From NCBI GenBank assembly GCA_964499705.1, contig CAZCME010000003.1:365960-385959 (forward strand): a stretch of 20,000 nt of DNA, given 5' to 3'. The notes beneath the pieces are model-generated. The model searched no databases. It saw nothing but the letters and a program-made list of their open reading frames with translations, and was not told where the DNA came from. Both the position numbers and the translations under genes were made by a program. The stretch is from an uncultured bacterium (GTDB lineage: Bacteria > UBA8481). Shown here piece after piece: positions 6,781 to 15,172 of the stretch (its first letter is position 1; each line of letters opens with the position of its first letter).

Positions 6781-9696
6781 ATGATGACGGGATCAACCGT
6801 GACGGAAGGTTTGAGGCAGCAGTACAAGATCCTCGTGGTCGAGGATGAGAGCATCATCGCGAGGGATCTGCAGAAAACGCTGATGCGTTTCGGCTACGAT
6901 GTGCCTGACACGGCGGCGACCGCCGCGGAGGCGATCGAAAAGGCGTCGGCTATGCGGCCCGATCTCGTCCTGATGGATATCGTCCTCTCCGGTCGCGAGG
7001 ATGGCATCCGGACCGCGGAGGAGATCCAGGAACGCTGGAAGATTCCCCATGTCTATTGCACGGCATACGCCGACGATCTCCTGATTTCCCGCGCGAAGGA
7101 AACCCATCCGCTCGGCTTTATCGTCAAGCCGTTCGAGGAACGCGAGCTGAAGGCGGTTCTCGAAGTCGCGCTCCATGAAGCGCCGACCCTGCGGCTGCGA
7201 AGCGAGATCGAGCGCCTGGCGCAGGCGATGGCGGCTCTCGGGGACGGCGTTCTCGTGGTGGACGCATCGGGCATGGTCAACTTCATGAATCCCGCCGCGG
7301 AGCACCTGACGGGCTGGACCGACAAGGAGGCGCGCGGCCGCCTTCTGGCCGAGGTCTTCCCCCTGGCGGAGGAGCATCCCGACAGCGGCAGCGCGCAGCT
7401 GACGGCCGAGCTGATGCGCGGCGAAGGCTGGCGGGGCGCCGTCCTCCGGATCCTGTTCGCGCTGCGGCTGGGACTCTTCCGCGCGATCGAAGCCACATCG
7501 TCCCCTCTCCTGGGCTACGACGGAAAACTCTCCGGCGTCGTCATCGCGTTCCGTGACGTGTCGGATCGGAGAAAGTGGGAGCGATCGCTCCAGGAGAGCG
7601 ATGAACGATTCCGGATGGTGGCCCAGGCGACAAATGCGGTCATCCATGACTGGGACATCATCGCGGACAGGATCGATTGGAATGACGGTCCGGAGAAAAT
7701 ATTCGGTTATCCTCCCGAAGATGTGAACGACTCTTCCTCGTGGTGGACGGAGAAGATTCACCCCGCGGATCGGCAGCGCGTCACGGCTTCGATCGACGAG
7801 GCGTTTCGCGGGCGGGCGAAGCAGTGGGAGGCCGAGTATCGCTTCCTGAAGCACGACAAGAGCTATGCCGTCGTCCACGATCGCGGATTCATCGTCTATG
7901 AGGATCATTCCCGCCCGGGACGATTCGTCGGATGCATGTCCGACATCTCGGAACGAAAAGCGCACGAGGCGGCTCGTGCGAAGCAATTGCGGCAGGAGCG
8001 CGCTATACGCTCGGAAGTGGAATCGGCGAAGCTGCGCGTCCAGTTCCTTGCCGAATCGGGAGACATCCTGGCGTCCTCGCTGGATTACAACGCGACGCTT
8101 ACGCGGCTCGCGCAGCACGCTGTCAAGACGGTCTGCGACTGGTGCGCCGTGGGGCTCGTCGATGAGGACGGCGCATTGCGACGCGTCGCGCTGGCGCATC
8201 GGGACTTGAAGCAGGAAGCGATGGCGAACATCCTGCGGGATGTCGCCCCTGATCCGAAATCTTCATTCGGCCTGTCCGCCATCCTGGCGAGGAAAGAAAT
8301 GGTGATCCTGACGGAATTTCCGCCCGAGCAGAAGGCGCTGATGAAGCCCGGGCTGCCGCCGGAGTATCTGCGACCTGCCGCCGCGCACGGTTTCATTCCT
8401 GATCCGGAGATGAAATTCTGCATACTGGCGCCGATCATGTCGGCGGGAAATCCTCTGGGCATGCTGACACTCATGTCGACGTCTCCGGAGCGGACGTACG
8501 GGCCGGCGGAACTGGACATGGCATCCGCGCTGGCCAGCCGTATCGCGCTCGCGGTCGAGAATCACATCCTGTATGAGGAGGCGCGGGAGGCCTCTTCGCG
8601 CCGGGATGAGCTTATCGCCATCGCCACGCACGATATCCGGACGCCTCTCGTGGCGTTGCAGCTTCACCTGAGACGGATGCGGCGGGAGATGGAACGGGAT
8701 GACGCGAGCGGTGTGAAGGATCAGAAGTGGGAGCGCCTCTCGTCGATGAATCTGTTGGGCGAGAAGCTGGCGCGGATGGTGGAGGATCTCTTCGATCTCT
8801 CGCACCTGAATTCGCATGAAAAGGCATTGAAGCTCGAAGAGTGCAATCTCACCGGCCTGGTTCGCGAAGCGTTGACCATCCTCGATGGCGAGATCGCGAA
8901 CTCCGGATCCGCCGTCACGACCCGGCTCCATCCGGAAGCGACCGGCATGTGGGATGGCCTGCACATCCAGCGCGTCGTCGTGAATCTCATCTCCAACGCC
9001 CTGAAATACGGAAGGGGCAAGCCGATCGAGATCGAATTGGAAATCGATGAAAGCATGGCGTGCCTCGAAGTGCGCGACCATGGCGTCGGCATTTCGGACG
9101 TCAATAAGGAGCGGATCTTCCACCGCTTCGCGCGATTGAATCCCGGCGGAAATGCCCCGGGCCTCGGTCTCGGCCTCTATATCGCACGCCAGGTCGTGGA
9201 GATGCATGGAGGCCGCCTCCATGTCACAAGCACGCCCGAACAGGGCTCGAATTTCCTCGTCGTTCTCCCGCGCGGCCTCGTTGCGGCCAAGGCACCGGCG
9301 TCCGTGGTGGCGCGTCCCGCCGAGCCGGGCTTGAAGCGCAGGATCCTCGTCGTCGACGACAACGAAGACACGCGCTACTTCCTGAAGACCGTGCTCGAAG
9401 CGGAAGGCTACCTCGTCACCCAGGCCACGCAGGGAGCCGAAGCTCTCGAACTCCTCCGGCTCGATTCTCTCCCCCATCTGATCCTCTCCGATATTTTCAT
9501 GCCCGTCATGGACGGCCGCCGCTTCGTGATGGAGCTCCGTAAGGACCCGTTTCTCGCCGGCATACCGGTAGTTCTTCTCTCCGAGCATGATCTGCTCTCG
9601 AACATAGCGGAGGAGCTGCAATTGTCCGATTGGCTACCGAAGAACAAATCCTCGGAAGGCATTCTGAAGGTGGTGGGGAGATATTGTACGCATTGA
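6781..9696 (+). CDS. Hybrid sensor histidine kinase REC-PAS-PAS-GAF-HisKA-HATPase-REC
   Basis: N-terminal REC (ILVVEDE, LVLMDI, KPF), PAS (FMNPAAEHLTGW...FRDVS), PAS_3 (IHPADR...EYRF...SDIS), GAF (CDWCAV...ASRIALAVEN), H-box THDIRTPL, NLISNALKY, DHGVG, GLGLGL and a C-terminal REC (LVVDDN, SDIFMPVMDG). SD GGAGA at 6770-6774. Confidence 0.95.
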   Translation: MMTGSTVTEGLRQQYKILVVEDESIIARDLQKTLMRFGYDVPDTAATAAEAIEKASAMRPDLVLMDIVLSGREDGIRTAEEIQERWKIPHVYCTAYADDLLISRAKETHPLGFIVKPFEERELKAVLEVALHEAPTLRLRSEIERLAQAMAALGDGVLVVDASGMVNFMNPAAEHLTGWTDKEARGRLLAEVFPLAEEHPDSGSAQLTAELMRGEGWRGAVLRILFALRLGLFRAIEATSSPLLGYDGKLSGVVIAFRDVSDRRKWERSLQESDERFRMVAQATNAVIHDWDIIADRIDWNDGPEKIFGYPPEDVNDSSSWWTEKIHPADRQRVTASIDEAFRGRAKQWEAEYRFLKHDKSYAVVHDRGFIVYEDHSRPGRFVGCMSDISERKAHEAARAKQLRQERAIRSEVESAKLRVQFLAESGDILASSLDYNATLTRLAQHAVKTVCDWCAVGLVDEDGALRRVALAHRDLKQEAMANILRDVAPDPKSSFGLSAILARKEMVILTEFPPEQKALMKPGLPPEYLRPAAAHGFIPDPEMKFCILAPIMSAGNPLGMLTLMSTSPERTYGPAELDMASALASRIALAVENHILYEEAREASSRRDELIAIATHDIRTPLVALQLHLRRMRREMERDDASGVKDQKWERLSSMNLLGEKLARMVEDLFDLSHLNSHEKALKLEECNLTGLVREALTILDGEIANSGSAVTTRLHPEATGMWDGLHIQRVVVNLISNALKYGRGKPIEIELEIDESMACLEVRDHGVGISDVNKERIFHRFARLNPGGNAPGLGLGLYIARQVVEMHGGRLHVTSTPEQGSNFLVVLPRGLVAAKAPASVVARPAEPGLKRRILVVDDNEDTRYFLKTVLEAEGYLVTQATQGAEALELLRLDSLPHLILSDIFMPVMDGRRFVMELRKDPFLAGIPVVLLSEHDLLSNIAEELQLSDWLPKNKSSEGILKVVGRYCTH

Positions 9697-9718
9697 GCGG
9701 CGGGAAAATTGCCTTTTG

Positions 9719-9815
9719 AACCACGAATGGACACGAATAAACACGAATGCTGTGCAAATAAAATATGGAACGGGCGCAACCGTCATAATGATTTCAAATA
9801 AACCCATTCGTGGTT
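9719..9815. repeat. Intergenic REP-like element: three 10-nt direct units sharing CACGAAT plus a 12-bp inverted arm
   Basis: AACCACGAAT/GGACACGAAT/AAACACGAAT at 9719-9748. AACCACGAATGG (9719-9730) is the exact reverse complement of CCATTCGTGGTT (9804-9815). Confidence 0.8.
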
Positions 9816-9886
9816 TGTTCCTCCTGAGGAGTCATGATTTCGTCAGGGCTTAGGATTTTAGGGCGGTTTTCCTGTATGGTTTCAGC

Positions 9887-11728
9887 GTGAAGCTTATTTG
9901 TTTCCCCATCCTCCTGTTTCTTCTTGCGACAACCGTGACTTCCGCGCTCGCGCTGCCGGCACGGCTCTTCTATGATCCTCCGATGAGCGGAATCGACGTC
10001 AGCGTGCCGGAGTGGGCTCAGGATGCGGTCTGGTACCAGATCTTTCCCGAGAGGTTCAGGAATGGGGATCCTTCCAACGATCCGACGCTGGAATCGATCG
10101 GCGAGGGCGACATACCGGGGTGGCGCATCAAGGAGTGGGGCTCGGACTGGTACGCGAGGGATGCATGGGAAGAGGCCGAGTATCCGAATGCATTCCAGAC
10201 TATTTTCCGCAGGCGCTATGGAGGCGACCTGAAGGGCATTCTCGACAAGCTGGATTATCTGCAGGCGCTGGGCGTGAACGCGATTTATCTCAATCCCGTC
10301 TTCCGGTCTCCGTCGCTGCACAAGTACGACGGGAGCTCGTTTCATCACATCGAGGAGACATTCGGCCCGGATCCGGAGGGCGACCGGAGGATGATCGAGG
10401 CCGCGCATGAAACGGAGGATCCGGCGACCTGGGTCTGGACGAGCGCCGATCGGCTCTTCCTGGACCTCGTGAAGGAAGTGCACCGGCGCGGCATGAGGGT
10501 CATCATCGACGGAGTCTTCAACCATTCCGGGCGGACGTTCTTCGCCTTCGAGGACATCGTCAGGAATGGCCCGAAATCCCGCTTCGCGAGCTGGTACATG
10601 ATCACGCGCTGGGATGAAGCGCTCCGGGACGGATTTGCATACAAAGGTTGGTACGGCGTTCATTCGCTTCCGGAATTCCGGCGCGACGACGACGGCGTGG
10701 ATGCCATGTACCAGCGCTATGTCTTCGACATCACCCGCCGCTGGATGTCGCCCGGCGGCCGCGCGGTGGATGGCGTGGACGGCTGGCGGCTGGATGTCGC
10801 CTTCTGCCTGCCCCATGGCTTCTGGAAGGATTGGCGCCGACACGTCAAGAGCATCAATCCGGACGCCTACATCACGGGCGAGGTTGTCGAGATTGCTCCG
10901 GATTACCTCCGGGGCGACGAATTCGACGGCCTGATGAACTATCCCTTCGCCTACGCGGCCGTGGAATATTTTGTCGAAAGGGAGAATCGCGTGTCGCCCG
11001 GCGTCTTCGACCGGAAGCTCGCCGAACTCCGCGCCGCGTATCCTCCGGAGATCACGCGCGTCATGCAGAACCTCTATTCGTCGCACGACTGTTCGCGGCT
11101 GGCTTCCATCATCGTCAATCCCGACATGAACTTCCGCGACTTCGGCGCGCACTTCAACAAGTCCAAGGTGGAAAATACGCCCTCGTATCGGATCGATCGT
11201 GGCGGGCCCGGCGAACGGGCCACGCACATGCAGATGGTGACGTTCCAGATGACATATCTCGGCGCGCCGATGGTCTACTACGGAAATGAAGCGGGCATGA
11301 CGGGAGCCAACGATCCGGACTGCCGGAAGCCGATGCTCTGGGACGATATCGCGTATGAGGACGAAGCCGTTCATCCTCACGCGGGCATTTCGCGCCCCCG
11401 CGAGAAGAACGAAACCGACACCGGGCTTTTCGAGCATTACAGGAATCTGATCCGGATCCGGAACGAACATGTCGCGCTTCGTCGCGGCGAATACGAGACC
11501 GTTCTCATCGATGACGCCCGCCGCCTCTTCGGCTTCGCGCGCGGCTATGTACGCGAGCGCATCTACGTCGTCTTCAACAACGATGCGACCGCGCACGAGG
11601 TCGAGTTGCCCGTAGATCAGGATGGAGATTACGACGAACTCCTGCTGGAAAAACGATTTGCATCACGGGATGGCGTTCTGCGATTCAAACTCGAACCCTC
11701 TTTCGCCGCCATCTTGATAAAATCCTAA
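9887..11728 (+). CDS. GH13 alpha-amylase family glycosidase (cyclomaltodextrinase/neopullulanase-like) with probable signal peptide
   Basis: PEWAQDAVWYQIFPERF, YGGDLKGI..KLDYL, DGVFNH, DGWRLDVA (nucleophile), GEVV (acid/base), SHD, YYGNEAGM, DPDCR. Hydrophobic N-terminus ending in ALA. Confidence 0.93.
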   Translation: MKLICFPILLFLLATTVTSALALPARLFYDPPMSGIDVSVPEWAQDAVWYQIFPERFRNGDPSNDPTLESIGEGDIPGWRIKEWGSDWYARDAWEEAEYPNAFQTIFRRRYGGDLKGILDKLDYLQALGVNAIYLNPVFRSPSLHKYDGSSFHHIEETFGPDPEGDRRMIEAAHETEDPATWVWTSADRLFLDLVKEVHRRGMRVIIDGVFNHSGRTFFAFEDIVRNGPKSRFASWYMITRWDEALRDGFAYKGWYGVHSLPEFRRDDDGVDAMYQRYVFDITRRWMSPGGRAVDGVDGWRLDVAFCLPHGFWKDWRRHVKSINPDAYITGEVVEIAPDYLRGDEFDGLMNYPFAYAAVEYFVERENRVSPGVFDRKLAELRAAYPPEITRVMQNLYSSHDCSRLASIIVNPDMNFRDFGAHFNKSKVENTPSYRIDRGGPGERATHMQMVTFQMTYLGAPMVYYGNEAGMTGANDPDCRKPMLWDDIAYEDEAVHPHAGISRPREKNETDTGLFEHYRNLIRIRNEHVALRRGEYETVLIDDARRLFGFARGYVRERIYVVFNNDATAHEVELPVDQDGDYDELLLEKRFASRDGVLRFKLEPSFAAILIKS

Positions 11729-11747
11729 ATCCTTAATCCGAAATCCT
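11720..11747 (+). repeat. Heptamer tandem repeat (AAATCCT-like x4) overlapping the GH13 stop
   Basis: AAATCCT AAATCCT TAATCCG AAATCCT read directly from the sequence. Confidence 0.7.
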
Positions 11748-11816
11748 GTTGCAAAAGAAATTTGATTCCGCGGCCGCTTTCCGTCAGACTTCCCGCGAAC
11801 ACAAGGAGAAGAAACC

Positions 11817-12143
11817 ATGTCCTCATTACCGGAAGAACTTGCCGATGTCCGTGTGAAACTGAAAGCCAACGTCTATTTCGACGGCAAAGTCGTCAGCCAT
11901 ACGATCGTTTCCGCCGACGGCGTGCGCCGCACGGTCGGTCTCATCTACCCCGGCTCCTATACCTTCAACACGTCCGATGCTGAAAGGATGGATATCCTCG
12001 CCGGCTCCTGCCGCGTGAAGCTGGCCGACGCCATGGACTGGACCGCATTCGCGGCGGGAACGACGTTCCATGTCGCGGCCGCATCGCGATTCGAGATCGC
12101 GGTGGATTCAGGAATCGCGGAGTATCTCTGCACGTTCGGGTGA
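11817..12143 (+). CDS. ppnP: Pyrimidine/purine nucleoside phosphorylase (YaiE/DUF1255 cupin)
   Basis: ANVYFDGKVVSH...TVGLIYPGSYTFNT...ERMDILAG...F.V...S.F...EYLC.F; strong SD AAGGAG upstream. Confidence 0.92.
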   Translation: MSSLPEELADVRVKLKANVYFDGKVVSHTIVSADGVRRTVGLIYPGSYTFNTSDAERMDILAGSCRVKLADAMDWTAFAAGTTFHVAAASRFEIAVDSGIAEYLCTFG

Positions 12144-12197
12144 AGCGCGCTCGCCGCATCGCCGTTACATGCGGAAGCAGCTGATAAATCCCGGTCT

Positions 12198-14108
12198 TCA
12201 TCGAATGTCGAAACGGGCCCGGCAATGCGCCAGGCTCTCAGGGGTATCGATGTCGAACCATTTCGCGTTTACGGATTTCAGGGCTAGAGCGCGCATGATC
12301 CCCCGGGAGGCCAGCCGGACATTGGCGGCGGTCAGCGAGCTCTCGCCGTCACGATGGGCTTCGTCCAGCGCGTCGAGAAGATCGCGCGTGGCCAGGAATA
12401 TCCCGGTATCCACCGCGTCGTAATCCTCTAGATCCTTGCCCATGGAAACGATGCGTCCCTCTCCGTCTGTCCTGACTTTCGTGGCGTCTCCGATATCGAA
12501 GATGCTCTCGATCCGTGGATCGGTAAGGAGAACGCAACCTCGCTCCGGAGGCGGAGCGTCGAGCAGTTCGCGCAGCATGGTGGATTCGAAGACATGATCG
12601 CTCATCAGGATCACGAACCGATTCCCGATCAGTGATCGCGCGGCCAGGATGGAGTGACCATTCGCGAGATCGTTCCAGCGATCGTTGTGAACGTATTCGA
12701 TTTGAACTCCGAGCCTGGAACCGTCGCCGAGCTCGCGGCGGATCGCTTCGGCTTCGTACCCTGTCACGATCACGAAGGAATGGATGCCCGCGCCCCGGGC
12801 CGCTTCGACGATGGCTTCCATGACGGTATGCCCGTGGATGTTCAGAAGACACTTCGGTTCCCGCGACGCCTGATCCGCGAGACGCGAGCCGCGGCCCGCG
12901 GCGAGTATGACGGCTTTTAAACCCGGCTCGTCTTGATGGTGCGAGCTCATGAGGGGAATGAAGAGGAGCAGCAGCGCGAAGAGGGGCGCTCCCGCGGATG
13001 CGAGGATCAGGAACCAATGGGCCTTGCCGAAGGCCGCGAGGATGACGACGAGGTAGATGAAATCCCGTCGCGCGAGGAAGTCCATGGCCCGTTCGGTCCG
13101 GCCGTCCGGTCTGGCGACGACATGCTGGAAGAGGGGCCCGTTGCTTTTCGCTTCATCAGGACGGCGCATCGTTCGGAAGTACACGATGCCCGCGGAGGCG
13201 AAGGTCCCGATCACGGCGGCGAGGGCGAGAACGATCGGAATCCCGGAACCCGCCGCATGTGCCCATCCCGCGCCGATGCAGGCGAAGATCGCGGAGTGGA
13301 CGATGTTATCCCCCCAGAAGTCCAGCAGTCCGCCGAACCGCGACTCGCGGAACGTGAGGCGCGCCAGTTCCCCGTCGCATCCGTCGAGGATCGAATGGAG
13401 GAGAAAGAGGAGCGCGCCCATGAGTTGCCATGCGGGTCGCTGGAAAAGAAAGAAAGGCGCCGCGGTGATGCCGATGGCCAGGCTCACGAGCGTCATCTGC
13501 GTGGGGGACACGCCTCTCTTCACCAGCCTTCGTGTCATGGACAGCGAGATCTTCCGCTCGACATGCCGGGACATGAATCCTTCCGTATCCTTTACAAGCG
13601 ATCTCAGAAGCATCTCTTCGGCGATCTCCAGGTCCGCTTTCGAATTCAGAACGATGTAATCGAGACCGGCTCCGTGGAGAGACCCGGATGGAGATTCGCC
13701 GATCGCATCGCAAATCTTCAAGCCGGAAAATACCTTCGCCATGACCTCGCCGATCCACCCGGGTTCGGATGCCTGCATCAGGACGACGCCGCCGTCATCG
13801 ATGAGCGCGTGTCCTTGCGCCAGTGGCGTGGCAAGAAGTCGATCCAGGCCGGATCGAGTGAAGACGACATTCGGCGCCGCAAAGAGAGCGCGATGCGGGC
13901 CGAGATCGGGCAGGGACGCTCCGCGTCGCGGGTCGATCATCTTCATGAGTCCGATATCGGGAACGGGAGAAGGACCATCGGAAGCGACGAAATGAGAGAA
14001 GCCGGCGCGTGAGGCGGTCAGGAGCATCCGGTCGCGAAGCGTGAGGCCGAGCAGTTGTGTTTCGGGCGAGAAAGAATTCCGCCCGGGAAGAAGCACGAAA
14101 AGGCTCAC
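12198..14108 (-). CDS. Three-domain fusion: degenerate NTP-transferase-like, CDP-alcohol phosphotransferase (DIPPS-like), C-terminal IPCT/LicC-like cytidylyltransferase
   Basis: LLGLTLRDRMLLTASRAG (NTase remnant). GVSPTQMT...LDGCDGELAR...GGLLDFWGD (full CDP-AP motif) with TM helices. KAVILAAGRGSRL...PKCLL...VTGY...NGHS...MSDH...DTGIF...WFDIDTPE. Likely GTG start at 14108 (GTGA overlap); the track start is 14171. Confidence 0.85.
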   Translation of the reverse strand: MSLFVLLPGRNSFSPETQLLGLTLRDRMLLTASRAGFSHFVASDGPSPVPDIGLMKMIDPRRGASLPDLGPHRALFAAPNVVFTRSGLDRLLATPLAQGHALIDDGGVVLMQASEPGWIGEVMAKVFSGLKICDAIGESPSGSLHGAGLDYIVLNSKADLEIAEEMLLRSLVKDTEGFMSRHVERKISLSMTRRLVKRGVSPTQMTLVSLAIGITAAPFFLFQRPAWQLMGALLFLLHSILDGCDGELARLTFRESRFGGLLDFWGDNIVHSAIFACIGAGWAHAAGSGIPIVLALAAVIGTFASAGIVYFRTMRRPDEAKSNGPLFQHVVARPDGRTERAMDFLARRDFIYLVVILAAFGKAHWFLILASAGAPLFALLLLFIPLMSSHHQDEPGLKAVILAAGRGSRLADQASREPKCLLNIHGHTVMEAIVEAARGAGIHSFVIVTGYEAEAIRRELGDGSRLGVQIEYVHNDRWNDLANGHSILAARSLIGNRFVILMSDHVFESTMLRELLDAPPPERGCVLLTDPRIESIFDIGDATKVRTDGEGRIVSMGKDLEDYDAVDTGIFLATRDLLDALDEAHRDGESSLTAANVRLASRGIMRALALKSVNAKWFDIDTPESLAHCRARFDIR

Positions 14109-15172
14109 GAAACGGCGACATGCTCCGTCGCGATCGAATCGTGATCCAGATCCACGGAAGATCCATCGCACCCATGAGACCGGCGGGCGGCTTCAATCAG
14201 GCGCGCGCAGAGTAGCGCCTCCTCCTGGTTGCGCCGCAGGATGTCGCGGCCGCTCCCGTCGGGACGGATCGCATGCAGAAAATCCCGGATGACGCCGCCG
14301 AACCAATCAGGATGGTAGGAGCCTGCTGAGACGGCGGACCCTGTCGGTATCGTTTCGATCGCGCCCTTTCGCTCGACCAAGATCGTATCGTCCCGCATCT
14401 GCAAACTGCCCTTCGTCCCTTCCAGAGCGGCGTGGTTTTTCCGGTTCGCTCCCGCCCACGTCAGATGAATCTCCGCAGCACCCTGCGGAAAAATAAGTTT
14501 CAGATCCCATGTCTCGCCGCAGGAATAGTCATGGCCCGAACGTGAACACTTCGCGGTCAGTGACAGCGGCCGCGCATTCATCCAGCGCGCAACGACGTAG
14601 AGCGCGTGCCATCCATGATCGAAGAGGAGCCCGCCGCCTTCGTCTTGAGCATCAGCGCGCCAAGCCGATGCTCCCGCCGGTTGAGTGCGGATCGTTTCCC
14701 ACCGGCAGCGCCGAACCGTGCCGATGGCGTCCTGCGACAGCAGTTCCTGCACGCGCGCGATCGAAGGCGCGAACATCCAGTTGTGGACTGTGAAGACGGC
14801 TCGCTTCGAATGGATGCCGAGCGTAATGAGATTTTCCGCGTCCGGGACCCGGCAGGCGAGCGGCTTCTCGCAGAGAACAGGAATGTTGTTCCGGAGCGCC
14901 GCTCCGGCGACTTCCGCATGGCGGGACGAAGGCACGCAGATGTCGACGAAATCCAGGTGACCATCCGCGAAGAGTTCCTCCACGGCGGAACAGACACGGG
15001 CGCCAGGAAGAAAGGCGCGTGCCGCCGCGCGGCGCGCCTCATCGGACTCGGCCACGCCGATAATCTCCACGCCGGTTGTCCTGGTCCATTCCGGGAGATG
15101 TCCCTTCTCCGCGACGGCGCCGAAGCCGATGAGTCCGCCGCGCAGCGGACTCCCGCCGTCCGGCGTCATCAC
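14105..15172 (-). CDS. Gfo/Idh/MocA family NAD(P)-dependent oxidoreductase
   Basis: GLIGFGAVA Rossmann motif, VLCEKP, GGGLLFDHGWH. Start GTG 15172 or ATG 15169, overlapping the aminotransferase stop. Confidence 0.9.
   Translation of the reverse strand: MMTPDGGSPLRGGLIGFGAVAEKGHLPEWTRTTGVEIIGVAESDEARRAAARAFLPGARVCSAVEELFADGHLDFVDICVPSSRHAEVAGAALRNNIPVLCEKPLACRVPDAENLITLGIHSKRAVFTVHNWMFAPSIARVQELLSQDAIGTVRRCRWETIRTQPAGASAWRADAQDEGGGLLFDHGWHALYVVARWMNARPLSLTAKCSRSGHDYSCGETWDLKLIFPQGAAEIHLTWAGANRKNHAALEGTKGSLQMRDDTILVERKGAIETIPTGSAVSAGSYHPDWFGGVIRDFLHAIRPDGSGRDILRRNQEEALLCARLIEAARRSHGCDGSSVDLDHDSIATEHVAVS

Noticed and set aside
12154-12174. CCGCAT/ATGCGG hairpin between the convergent ppnP and fusion genes as a terminator
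   Set aside because: Only a 6-bp stem with a 9-nt loop and no U-tract on either strand.
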